Shown here: one piece after another, positions 9,804-18,412 of the stretch | Layout of the letters: each line of letters starts with the position of its first letter | Position numbering within the stretch: position 1 is the first letter of the stretch | Source of the DNA: Polyangiaceae bacterium | Lineage (GTDB): Bacteria; Myxococcota_A; Polyangia; Polyangiales; Polyangiaceae | Reading direction: 5' to 3' | Assembly: GCA_965222375.1 (NCBI GenBank) | Contig: CBDCTZ010000012.1 | Coordinates: forward strand, 288,001-352,000 | DNA length: 64,000 nt | Notes under the pieces: generated by a model | The model's input: only the letters and a program-made list of their open reading frames with translations | What the model was told of the DNA's origin: nothing | The model's database searches: none | Program-made: the position numbers and the translations under genes

Positions 9804-10934
9804 CTAGTGCGGATGTCGACGGCGCCGATCATCCGGGTTGCGGCTGCGACGCATGCTGCGCCGCCGAAGGAAGGGTTGATCGCCGGTGCGAATGCGTACG
9901 GTCGCGGGGGACTCGCTCACGACCCGTCCGGTGTAGGCGTCGATGCCGAATTCGTTGCCATTGACCCGGGAGTCCAGCCGGGCATGCACCAGGTAGAGGC
10001 CAGGTCGCGCGAAGGTACCTCGGGGGCAGAGTTCCACCAGACGGCTCCGTACGGTCAGGGTACGGCCGGGGCGCAGTGATAGGAACGCTTGGCGATCTGG
10101 CGAGCGCAGATCGGGCTGCGCGTCACAAGTTGTCAGGCCGTTTGGCCCCATGATCTCGAAGCTGACCAACTCGCGGCGAAAGTAGAGCCGCCGCGTGCGC
10201 TTGCTGCGATTCTTCAGTTTCAGGCTGATCGACGCGTAAATTTCTGCGCGCGCATCCGAGCCCTGGGTGACGCGCATCTGGATCGGTCCCTTGTCTCGTC
10301 GAGCGCGGTCAGCCTCGAGACGTGTTTTGGCCCAGCGAGCATATTCGGAGCGCAGCGCGAAGGTCTCGGATGACAGGCCCTTGATCCCGCCCGGAGTGTC
10401 GTCGTCGATCTGTTTGACCTTGCCGTCCAATACGTGGGCGACGAAGGGCGGCTTCTGTTCGACCTTGACCGGGACTTTCTTGCCCCGTTTCCAGGCCGAC
10501 TTGGTTTTTTCGGGCCAGCCAAACCGGGGCCGGATGATCGCTCCAGGAACGAGGCGCCACTGGCCACCGGCCGCAAAACAATACAGCCGGGGATCGAAGT
10601 GATGCACCACGCCCTCGCCGGGGCCCAGGATCACGAAGGTTCTTGGGTCCTGGCGCTTGGGCACCAGATTGCGGGGTAATCGGCAGCTCGCGGTTTTTCG
10701 CTTGCCCGGAACCTCCACTTTGAAGGACAGGAGCCGGGGATCCGCGACCAATCGCACCGGCTCGTCGCTGACATTCTCGATGCTCAGCCGCCACGGCAGG
10801 CGGGGACCTCGTTCGCTGACGTGGAACGCCAAGGGGCTATTTGGGGTCTTGGCAGGCTTTTCGGCGCTGGCGGGCAAGGTCGACAGACCGCCGAGTGCCA
10901 ATCCAACGATGACGCCGCCCCAGCGCAAGCTCAT
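9804..10934 (-). CDS. Secreted hypothetical protein, two probable beta-sandwich modules, basic
   Basis: Signal peptide from ATG 10934 (..LPASA-EK); two similar segments FVILGPGE..FDPRLYC and FLSLRPGR..SRLVELC. Confidence 0.65.
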   Translation of the reverse strand: MSLRWGGVIVGLALGGLSTLPASAEKPAKTPNSPLAFHVSERGPRLPWRLSIENVSDEPVRLVADPRLLSFKVEVPGKRKTASCRLPRNLVPKRQDPRTFVILGPGEGVVHHFDPRLYCFAAGGQWRLVPGAIIRPRFGWPEKTKSAWKRGKKVPVKVEQKPPFVAHVLDGKVKQIDDDTPGGIKGLSSETFALRSEYARWAKTRLEADRARRDKGPIQMRVTQGSDARAEIYASISLKLKNRSKRTRRLYFRRELVSFEIMGPNGLTTCDAQPDLRSPDRQAFLSLRPGRTLTVRSRLVELCPRGTFARPGLYLVHARLDSRVNGNEFGIDAYTGRVVSESPATVRIRTGDQPFLRRRSMRRSRNPDDRRRRHPH

Positions 10935-11005
10935 GGTCCCACGGACTACCACATGGGCCGGGGCGGTCCAATCTGCGCCGTGGATGCAGCAAATCGCGCT
11001 AATCT

Positions 11006-11644
11006 TTGCGAGTGCGAGGCCTGTACGCAATCGTTGATACGGACGCTCTCGGCCAAGCGGGGACGGATGTGCTCGCCTTCACCGCGGCGCTGGCCGCAGC
11101 GCGACCTGTCGCGTTGCAGCTGCGTGCGAAGTCCCTGTCAGCTCGCGATACGCTCGCGCTCGGACGTGAAATGGCACCCGTGGTCCGCGCGCACGATGTG
11201 GACTTCTTCTTGAACGACAGAGCAGATTTGGCGCTACTGGTTGGAGCTGACGGCGTGCACGTGGGTCAAACGGATCTGACGGTATCGGAAGTTCGACGGA
11301 TTGCTCCAGGCCTGCGGGTGGGGGCCTCCACCCACGGCGCGGAGGAATTGCGGTGTGCCCTTGCCGAGCGGCCCGACTACGTTGCTTTTGGACCCGTTTT
11401 CCCGACCCGCTCCAAGCACGCGCCGGATCCGGTCGTGGGGTTGAGGGATCTGACTCGAGCCAGCGCGGCCGCGAAAGCGGCGGAGATCCCTTTGGTGGCG
11501 ATTGGTGGCATCAACCTCACGAGCGCGGCGCAGGTTGCCGAGTTGTCCGTGGCCGGGGCCGTGATCGCGGGTCTCGGGACGGATCTCCAGGGCGCCCAGC
11601 AGCGCGCCGCGGATCTGCACTGCGCACTCGGCGGGGCAGCATGA
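11006..11644 (+). CDS. thiE: Thiamine-phosphate synthase
   Basis: QLRAK, FLNDRADLA, GVHVGQTD, GASTH, GPVFPTRSK, AIGGI motifs. Confidence 0.93.
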   Translation: MRVRGLYAIVDTDALGQAGTDVLAFTAALAAARPVALQLRAKSLSARDTLALGREMAPVVRAHDVDFFLNDRADLALLVGADGVHVGQTDLTVSEVRRIAPGLRVGASTHGAEELRCALAERPDYVAFGPVFPTRSKHAPDPVVGLRDLTRASAAAKAAEIPLVAIGGINLTSAAQVAELSVAGAVIAGLGTDLQGAQQRAADLHCALGGAA

Positions 11645-12234
11645 GCCTGGTCATTGGCTTGATCGTCGGCGGTGCGCTGCTGGCCATGGGCGTGGGCACG
11701 GGGGCGGTGCTGCGTAGTCGTAGCCGAAAGGCCCCAGAGCAGCTGCCTCCTCCCAAGAAGCGCTCCACGGAGTTGTCCGATCGTGGGTTCGGGTTGGAGT
11801 TGGGGGACGTCATCGATGTTGAGAAGCGATCCCTGTGGCTCAGGCACGCCTGGCTCGCCAGTGAAGGGAAAGAGGCCATCGCCGCTTTGATGTTCGCCGA
11901 AGAAGACGTTGTGGTGATGCAACCCGGAGCCGGTTTGCGCGTGTGTCTGACTCGGCCCGTCGAACTCGCCGTTGGCGAGGAAGTGCCCTCCGCCATGGAG
12001 GTTGCCGGCGCGCGCTTCGAGCGTGTGCGCCGCTTGCCTGTCCGCCTGCAGCCCTTGGGAGAATCCCCACAGCCGCCCTTCGACGAGGCCACTTTGAGTG
12101 AACTTCGAGGCATTGCGGGGGAGGTGCTGTGGGTGCTGAGCCACGGTTCGCTGTGCAAGGCGTATGTAGGTCGAAGTCTAGACCCTTCGGACGTCGAGTA
12201 CTGGGGTGGCGGTTCGCTGACCGTTGCGCGCTAG
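11641..12234 (+). CDS. Membrane-anchored hypothetical protein (possibly DUF4178-like)
   Basis: ATGA overlap with thiE; N-terminal TM helix; LELGDVI and YVGRSLDPSDV segments. Confidence 0.6.
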   Translation: MSLVIGLIVGGALLAMGVGTGAVLRSRSRKAPEQLPPPKKRSTELSDRGFGLELGDVIDVEKRSLWLRHAWLASEGKEAIAALMFAEEDVVVMQPGAGLRVCLTRPVELAVGEEVPSAMEVAGARFERVRRLPVRLQPLGESPQPPFDEATLSELRGIAGEVLWVLSHGSLCKAYVGRSLDPSDVEYWGGGSLTVAR

Positions 12235-12254
12235 GCGCGCCGCCTGCTCCGAGC

Positions 12255-13232
12255 TCAGACCGCACGCATCCGAAGCAACATGGCTTCCAGGGCGAGGGCC
12301 GGCTGCACGTTGCGCTCGACTTCGCCCAGGCTCGCCAGCACGATCGAGTAGCGTTTCGCCCAGCGCGCCGCGGCATCGGGATCCGCTGGTAGGCACGCTT
12401 TCGAGCGCTGGGCGGTGGCCAGGGCCACGTGTCCCAACAGCTCTCTAAGCGCGTGGCGGTCCTCAGGCCTCGACTTGGCCAGATCCAGTAGTCCTGTGGC
12501 ATCTGGCGAATCCAGAGCGTGGCGCACAGTCTCCGTGAACGCATCGCGTTGTGCCATGGCTTCCGGGTCCGCAAGCTGCCGAGCCTGCGCGGCGCTACCG
12601 TTGGCTCGGCTGGCCAACTCCGTCGGCATACTCCAGTTGCGCAGCAGCTGCTCCAGCACTGCCTCGGATAGGGGGCCGAAGCGCAAACCCAAGGTACGCG
12701 AGCGAATGGTGCCGAGCAGTCGGTTCGGCCGACTCGTGAGCAGCACGAAGGTCGTGCGATCTCCAGGTTCCTCCAGCGTCTTCAGCAGGCTGTTGGCCGC
12801 CTGTACCGTGAGTTCGTCGGCGCCTCGAATGATGAAGACCAGGCCCCGGCCTTCGTGGGGCGGATAGCCGGCTCGGGACAGAACGACCCGACGGATCTGC
12901 TCCACACTGATCCCTGTGGCCTCGCTGACGGAGCTACCCAGGATGTTGGAGGAGTACAGTCCGCGTTGCACGACGATGACATCCGGGTGGCGAGGCACAT
13001 GGGGTTCGTCCTCACTCAGGCTGACTGCCCGAACGCAGGCGCCACAGCTGCCGCAGCCGAGAGGCGTTGGTTGCTCGCACACCAGGGCTTGCGCCAGGGC
13101 GAAGGCCGCCAGCTCTTTGCCGACCCCGTCCGGTCCTTCGAAGCGGTAGGCGTGGTGCAGCTTGCCGTGCTGCAATGCGCGCGTCAGCGTCTCGACTGCG
13201 GGGGCTTGCCCCAGTACCTGTTCGAAACCCAT
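12255..13232 (-). CDS. holB: DNA polymerase III delta' subunit
   Basis: FEQVLGQ, HAYRFEGPDGVGK, zinc Cys cluster CGSCGAC, HPD, AANSLLKTLEEP, TIRSR; ATG 13232. Confidence 0.92.
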   Translation of the reverse strand: MGFEQVLGQAPAVETLTRALQHGKLHHAYRFEGPDGVGKELAAFALAQALVCEQPTPLGCGSCGACVRAVSLSEDEPHVPRHPDVIVVQRGLYSSNILGSSVSEATGISVEQIRRVVLSRAGYPPHEGRGLVFIIRGADELTVQAANSLLKTLEEPGDRTTFVLLTSRPNRLLGTIRSRTLGLRFGPLSEAVLEQLLRNWSMPTELASRANGSAAQARQLADPEAMAQRDAFTETVRHALDSPDATGLLDLAKSRPEDRHALRELLGHVALATAQRSKACLPADPDAAARWAKRYSIVLASLGEVERNVQPALALEAMLLRMRAV

Positions 13233-14365
13233 TAGTTTGCGTCGTTTCCGAAGCTCAAAGCGCCGGAGCGGACCACGCCAGGCCAACTATCGACGTATTG
13301 GGTCTTTTCTCCGGGTTTCGAGGCGTCGATCCACAGGGCGTGGCCGGTGAAGGGCGCACGGACATCGATGTGAACGAAGCGGTTGTGGGGATAGTAGCCG
13401 CAGCCGACGTCCTTCATTTTGCGGCAGGCTCGGAACAGGTCTTCGTTGCTGACGCCGGTGATGAACAGATCCAAGGCACGCCCCTTGTGGTGCAAACCAT
13501 CGTGCGCTTTGCGCCGGTAGCCGCTGATCACATAGATGACCCGCTTCGGAAACATGGCCGCCAGGCGCGCCACAGCCCACACCAGCCTCGGATGGAGTAG
13601 TCGTACCTCAGGCAACCACTCACCGCTCACCACGCCATCTCGCGCGGGTTCCAGCGGCAACGGCAGTTCCGGACGAGGCGTGCCCGGCGGGCGGGCGATG
13701 ACGCTCAAGCGGTCCAGAGCATCCACGGCTACGGAGCCGTCACATTCGAGCAGCGTGATGGTGTCGTGTTCGCCGCCGTAGCGAGCGAGAGTTGCGGAGT
13801 AGGGTTTCTCCCAAGGTTTGCAGCGCCCGGCAGGAGCCACGACAGCCTCGCCAATGGAGGGTGCGAAAAGCTCGCTAGGCAGCATCTCGTTCAAGGACGA
13901 AGCCAATGAAGTGCCGAGTTCGAGGGCAAGGGGCTGCTTCAGGGCCAGGTTCTGCCCGATGGGGGCCTGCATGCCTCGACGGTGCTCTTCACGGGGTTCG
14001 CAGGCGGTCATGCTCCAACTCAAGCTGCCGTCCAACCAACGGCTGGGGCCGAAACGGCCGAGCCAGAAGCCCCGCCACTCCCCGTGGCGCTCCACTGCCG
14101 GCTCGATGAAGCGTCGAAGCAGCGGCAGCTGGCGTTCGGATGCCAAACGATGCGGCGTGCCCTGCGCGCGCTGTGCCAGCAACCAGGTGCTGCCATTCAG
14201 TCGACCGAATTGAGGTTCCGGTGCGGCGCGCTTCGCCGGACTAGCAGAGGCGAAAACCAAGCTAGCGAGCGCGCCTGCGAAGGCGAGCTTTGCCACACGG
14301 TGGCTGCGGGCTCTCGGTGACACGGACAGCACCGACAACCTACTTTCCCCGGTTGGAATAATCAA
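13232..14365 (-). CDS. YcbK/DUF882 (peptidase M15-like) domain protein
   Basis: ISGYR, HHKGRALD, GYYP, FVHIDVR zinc-ligand motifs; start uncertain. Confidence 0.8.
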   Translation of the reverse strand: MIIPTGESRLSVLSVSPRARSHRVAKLAFAGALASLVFASASPAKRAAPEPQFGRLNGSTWLLAQRAQGTPHRLASERQLPLLRRFIEPAVERHGEWRGFWLGRFGPSRWLDGSLSWSMTACEPREEHRRGMQAPIGQNLALKQPLALELGTSLASSLNEMLPSELFAPSIGEAVVAPAGRCKPWEKPYSATLARYGGEHDTITLLECDGSVAVDALDRLSVIARPPGTPRPELPLPLEPARDGVVSGEWLPEVRLLHPRLVWAVARLAAMFPKRVIYVISGYRRKAHDGLHHKGRALDLFITGVSNEDLFRACRKMKDVGCGYYPHNRFVHIDVRAPFTGHALWIDASKPGEKTQYVDSWPGVVRSGALSFGNDAN

Positions 14366-15177
14366 ATTGTCGCTTCGGGCTGACCGACGCGATCAGCGAA
14401 GCGGGTGATTCGGTCGACCAGCAGGTCGAAGTCCCAGTCCAGCGTGGCGACATGGTAGGAACGCGTCAGCACCAGAGTCTCGACCGGCCCGGGCACGAGA
14501 CGCGACAGAGCCAAGGAGTTTTCCGGGGGCACGCTGTGGTCCTGGGGGGAGTAGGCCACGAGCACGGGGAGCCGCAGCGTTTGCAGGGATCGGCGGATCC
14601 TCGGCAACTCGGCTAGAAAGCTATTGCCCGCAGCCGCAGGAACCCAGGTGTAGGCGTTTTCGTCTCCGCCCTTGGCGATGTCGTTCTTGGCCAAACCGGC
14701 TGCTCCGGCCGGGACAATGGGCAGGACCGTCTCAAGCCTTGGGGCCAGTTTGGCCAGCAGCCCCTCCCGGTCGAGGACCGTGGAATTGATCGCAACTACG
14801 CCGGCGATCTTGCTGCCCGCTTCAGCTGCGATATCCAGGGCGATGGTCCCGCCCATGCTGAGGCCGACCAGCACGACACCCCGGCACCGGCTCTGCAGCC
14901 GGGCGGCCGCTTGAGAGACTTCATGGTGCCAGTCGGCGTAGCGCGTCCGCGCCATGTCCCGGACGTTGGTCCCGTGGCCCGGCAGTCGCACGACCTCGAC
15001 GCAAAATCCTCGCTCCGCCAGCGCCTCGCCGACGGGGCGCGTGGTCGTTGGATTGCCAGTGAAGCCGTGGGCGACAACGATGCCCGTCTGCGCCCGATCT
15101 CCGCTGCCGGGGTCGGACCATGCCTCCGCTCCAGGAATCACCGCTGCGCTCATCGGTCCAGCTCCAGCTGTAGTCAC
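14362..15177 (-). CDS. Alpha/beta-hydrolase carboxylesterase (monoacylglycerol lipase-like)
   Basis: HGFTG, GLSMGG nucleophile elbow, DHSVP, SYHVATLD; start GTG 15177 or ATG 15153. Confidence 0.9.
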   Translation of the reverse strand: MTTAGAGPMSAAVIPGAEAWSDPGSGDRAQTGIVVAHGFTGNPTTTRPVGEALAERGFCVEVVRLPGHGTNVRDMARTRYADWHHEVSQAAARLQSRCRGVVLVGLSMGGTIALDIAAEAGSKIAGVVAINSTVLDREGLLAKLAPRLETVLPIVPAGAAGLAKNDIAKGGDENAYTWVPAAAGNSFLAELPRIRRSLQTLRLPVLVAYSPQDHSVPPENSLALSRLVPGPVETLVLTRSYHVATLDWDFDLLVDRITRFADRVGQPEATI

Positions 15178-15860
15178 TCAGCCGCGGCTGCTTCTTCCAT
15201 CTTCTTCTGACCCAGCCGCAGCAGATACAGGAACGTATCGAAGGCGTCTTTGGCGCCGGCCTCGTCACCCTCGAGGAATTCGGCAACGGCGAGGCCATTG
15301 AGGACCGCCAACACCAGAGTCGAGAGGGCCTGCATCTGGGGGAATAGGGCCGGGTCGATCTTCATCACGTCCGCAATGCCCTCGGTGATGAGTCGTCGGG
15401 CATCTTTTTGAAGCAGAGCCGCTCGTCGTTGGAGCTCCGGATCCCTCCGGGAAGCGCTCCAGACCTCGATGTTCAGATGCATCGCCGTGCGGTTTGCCTC
15501 CAGGACTTCCCACAGGGATTGCAGGGCGTGCACCAGACGCTGCCGCGGCTCGGCATCGGATGTGGACTTGATGGCGTCCTGTACGCGGGCCAGATATCTG
15601 TGCTGGCTGTAGCTCTGCACCTCGTGAATGAGCGCGGCCTTACTGGCGAAGTAGTAGTGCACGATGCTCTTGCGTAGGCCGAGCTCCTTGCCGATCTCCG
15701 CCAGAGTCGTTGCGCTGAACCCCTTGCGGGCGAAGCAGTTCGCAGCCGCTGTGAGAATGGACGCCACCCGAGGGTTGTTCCAATCGACGCTCTTTTCCGA
15801 CTTGTCGCTCCGCGTCACAGCCTCGGCAGCCGCGTCCAGGGTCGTATCTGTTGTGCTCAT
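15174..15860 (-). CDS. TetR/AcrR family transcriptional regulator
   Basis: ILTAAANCFARKGFSATTLAEIGKELGLRKSIVHYYFASK HTH. Confidence 0.92.
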   Translation of the reverse strand: MSTTDTTLDAAAEAVTRSDKSEKSVDWNNPRVASILTAAANCFARKGFSATTLAEIGKELGLRKSIVHYYFASKAALIHEVQSYSQHRYLARVQDAIKSTSDAEPRQRLVHALQSLWEVLEANRTAMHLNIEVWSASRRDPELQRRAALLQKDARRLITEGIADVMKIDPALFPQMQALSTLVLAVLNGLAVAEFLEGDEAGAKDAFDTFLYLLRLGQKKMEEAAAAE

Positions 15861-15973
15861 GAGTTCGTTGGCGCCGGCCGTTTGGCCGAATCACCCCTCG
15901 TTCGGCAAATCCGGGACGACACATGCCGGCTCCGGTTCAGGTAGCGGGTTTTTCCCCGGCCAGACCCCCGCTG

Positions 15974-16549
15974 TCAAGTCCCGCCCGGCCGGCCGTCCCG
16001 GTCCGAAAATCGCTTCGAAAGGGCGGTTTTGAACTCCTTGGCGGGGCAAATCAGGAGATCTCGGTCGATGAACGGCCCCAGAGCGGCAGATTTCGCGTCC
16101 GCCACACGCTCAAAGGCCACGTCTGGGGCGATCGCATCCTGACCGCACAAGATGGCTGCGATCACGCTGACGCTGCGGCTCATGCCCGCCGCGCAGTGCA
16201 CCAGTACGTTTCCGAGCTGCCGACGTCGATTGACGAAAGGCAGCGCCACTCCCAGCGCATGCTCGAATTCGGACTCCCCGTTGCCCCCGTCCATGATCGG
16301 CAGCTTCAGCCACTCGGTAGCGTTCTCCGCCGGACCCGTCACCTGATCGGTCGGGAACAGCGGCATCGGACACAATGAGACGACTCCGAAAAACGGGGTG
16401 GGATCCTGACTGGCATCCGGACGCCGGGCGCCCGCAAGCGCTTCACAGCCGGACTGATAGTCCCCCAACCAAAGCCTGTCGTCGATCCGCCACACGTCGT
16501 TATTGGGATCCCGCGGCCGCCCAGCGGCGCGCCGCAGCGAGGAGCTCAC
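15974..16549 (-). CDS. Dual-specificity protein phosphatase
   Basis: VLVHCAAGMSRS P-loop; LPIMD acid loop; LWLGD N-terminal motif. Confidence 0.88.
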   Translation of the reverse strand: MSSSLRRAAGRPRDPNNDVWRIDDRLWLGDYQSGCEALAGARRPDASQDPTPFFGVVSLCPMPLFPTDQVTGPAENATEWLKLPIMDGGNGESEFEHALGVALPFVNRRRQLGNVLVHCAAGMSRSVSVIAAILCGQDAIAPDVAFERVADAKSAALGPFIDRDLLICPAKEFKTALSKRFSDRDGRPGGT

Positions 16550-16941
16550 TTCTTTGGAGCGGTCGGCGTCTTGACCGGTGCGGGTGCTTTCTTGGCCGTC
16601 GCAGCCGCTTTCTTAGCGGGAGCCTTCTTGGCTGGCGCCGCGCCCTTCTTTGCCGGTGCTGGCGCCTTGGGATCCGTGGCCTTGTCCTTGGCGTCCTCGG
16701 GTTTGGCGTCTTCAGGCTTGTCTCCGCCCTCGCCCTTGTCGCCTTCCGTGCCTTCGTCGGTTCCCTCCTCCGTGGCGCCCTCGCCGTCGGACTCCTCTGC
16801 CGCCTCGTCGCCTCCGAAGGGATCCTCCTCGGGCATCGGTGCCACGACGGGCGCAACCTCCGCGATGCTCGCTTTGGTGCCCCCTCCGCAGCTGCTCAAA
16901 AGCAACGCCAAAACCGCCCCCATGCCTACCTGGCTCTTCAT
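16546..16941 (-). CDS. Low-complexity lipoprotein, acidic then Lys/Ala/Pro-rich
   Basis: ATG 16941, lipobox LSSC; E/D/G-rich block followed by PAKKA repeats; GTGA overlap with the phosphatase. Confidence 0.65.
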   Translation of the reverse strand: MKSQVGMGAVLALLLSSCGGGTKASIAEVAPVVAPMPEEDPFGGDEAAEESDGEGATEEGTDEGTEGDKGEGGDKPEDAKPEDAKDKATDPKAPAPAKKGAAPAKKAPAKKAAATAKKAPAPVKTPTAPKK

Positions 16942-17117
16942 GCCCGGGAGGCTAACCAAACCCGACCCACTTTGCCAGCCTGGCTGAGCGACAGATAGAG
17001 GCCCAGTGTTGAGCAGTGAATCGAGGGCTTGGGGTTGGGTCGCGTCGCTGGGGTGGGGAGGGGCACTAATCTCGCGCGAGGGCGAGCGGGGGCGGCTTTC
17101 CCTTGGTGGATCCAATT

Positions 17118-17236
17118 CTGCCGGCGTGCTCGGTCGCGTCCAGGCCTTCGCCGGCTTCGCCGGTGGCTGCTTCGCAGCCAGCCTGGACCCGACCTGTCCC
17201 CCGTCGGGGATTCCCCAGGGTCTCGCTCGCCGGCGG
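17118..17236. other. Branched, highly paired nucleic-acid element (structured leader or ssDNA hairpin element)
   Basis: Stems 17120-26/17228-34 and 17132-45/17181-94 enclose hairpins 17151-63 and 17164-80 (TTC loops); further hairpin 17197-17210. Confidence 0.7.
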
Positions 17237-17269
17237 TGGGGTGGTTTGTTTTTGAAAGGAAACCTCTCA

Positions 17270-17620
17270 ATGCTCCGTATCTGTCCAGTCAGTATTCAGG
17301 TGGCTCGCGAAGCTCGGCCGTTCGCCGATCGTATCGCCCGGTTTGACCGAGCTGCATCGGTGCAGTTGCGCAAGTCTCCTGGGTCGGTCGTCAACAACCT
17401 CGCAGAAGGTTAGGGGCTTTACCCCGTCGGGTATCACGAAGCGCGTCGGGCGGGGCGGCGACGGCTCGCGTATGAAATCGCGCCGGGCGAAGCAGGGGAA
17501 GCGCTCGCCAGTCTCGAGTTCGCGGAAGCCATGGGCTATGCGCCTCCGGCGCCCGCCGAGTTGCGAGCTCACTTCAATCACATCATCGGCACCCTCGTCA
17601 GAATCGTGCATCACCCATAG
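17270..17620 (+). pseudogene. Four-helix-bundle protein (23S rRNA IVS/S23, Avd-like fold) interrupted by an in-frame TAG
   Basis: GAAAGGAAA RBS + ATG 17270; QLRKSPGSVVNNLAEG*, then the same frame continues RRRLAYEIAPGEAGEALASLEFAEAMGY...IIGTLVRIV to TAG 17618-20. Confidence 0.75.
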
Positions 17621-17690
17621 GCGCACACCTGACCCAACTCGTTCGCGGCGCGTTCGCCCTTTAGCAGCCACCTTCCCGAGCGGGAGGCGA

Positions 17691-17722
17691 CCGGCGGGCC
17701 CCGGAGCGAGGGGGCCCGCCGG
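17691..17722. terminator. 12-bp GC hairpin between convergent genes
   Basis: CCGGCGGGCCCC-GGAGCGAG-GGGGCCCGCCGG; no U-tract. Confidence 0.5.
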
Positions 17723-17774
17723 GCAGTGCACCAGCTCCGCCCAGGGACGTCTGCTATCTCGTTCGCGAACGAGG

Positions 17775-18233
17775 TTACCCCTTGCTACGCAACTTGCGAA
17801 CGTGGATCAGGTAGTCGTCTACGTTGCGGAACGCACCGATGGGCAGCGGTTTGTCGCGGCCGAGTACGGTTTGCATCTGCTGTGGGTCGAAGCGTTCGCC
17901 GATGTTCATGTTGTGAGTGGCCGACATGCCGGCGGTGGGTTCGGCCAGCGATGAGGATGGCGCGCCGCCGTAGCATTCCACGTACCACTCGACAGGTGCC
18001 GGAGGGGGCTTCGTCAGGCCAGGGTCCAGCTCACCAGCTTCCACAGGCTCCAGCCCCAGCACTTTCGCGAAGTCGGTCACGAGGTACGCCGGGAGCCACT
18101 CGCTGAGGCCCGTGCGCCAGACCAGCACGAACGCGGGCAGGGCAGACATGGATAGAGAGGCTCGTAGGGCAGCGACGCTGGTGGGCTTCGGGGTTCCGTC
18201 GAAGTCTGCCCAGTACCATTCGGTGTCGGTCAT
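17775..18233 (-). CDS. GYF_2/DUF4339-like domain protein
   Basis: ATG 18233; EWYW...LVWRTGLSEWLPA pattern. Confidence 0.7.
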   Translation of the reverse strand: MTDTEWYWADFDGTPKPTSVAALRASLSMSALPAFVLVWRTGLSEWLPAYLVTDFAKVLGLEPVEAGELDPGLTKPPPAPVEWYVECYGGAPSSSLAEPTAGMSATHNMNIGERFDPQQMQTVLGRDKPLPIGAFRNVDDYLIHVRKLRSKG

Positions 18234-18412
18234 CAGCTTGGTGTCTTCCTGAGTGGCGCGGGAGCGAGCCGCTGTGGAGAGCTTCTCGTACCCCGGTCCC
18301 CCTGGGCAAGCGCTGCCCAGGCCGTGCAACCGAGCCTGTGGCCTCGGGCGGGAAAGTTCGAGAGTAATGCCCCGATGCGGCCCAGGGAACCGACCCCAAA
18401 AACCAAGAGAGC

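Noticed and set aside
10935..11005. TPP riboswitch before thiE
   Set aside because: The gap is a short divergent promoter region without the conserved TPP aptamer core.
17118..17236. tRNA or 6S RNA
   Set aside because: No T-loop, D-loop or 7-nt anticodon loop; it is branched with triloops, not a long rod with a central bubble.
17411..17413. Pyrrolysine or genome-wide amber recoding
   Set aside because: TAG is an ordinary stop for several clear genes here (e.g. murE, the response regulator, rsmE), and no pyl genes are seen.
17267..17954. Track ORFs 17267..17731 (-) and 17343..17954 (+)
   Set aside because: No family motifs; the region is better explained by the interrupted four-helix-bundle frame and the 17775..18233 gene.
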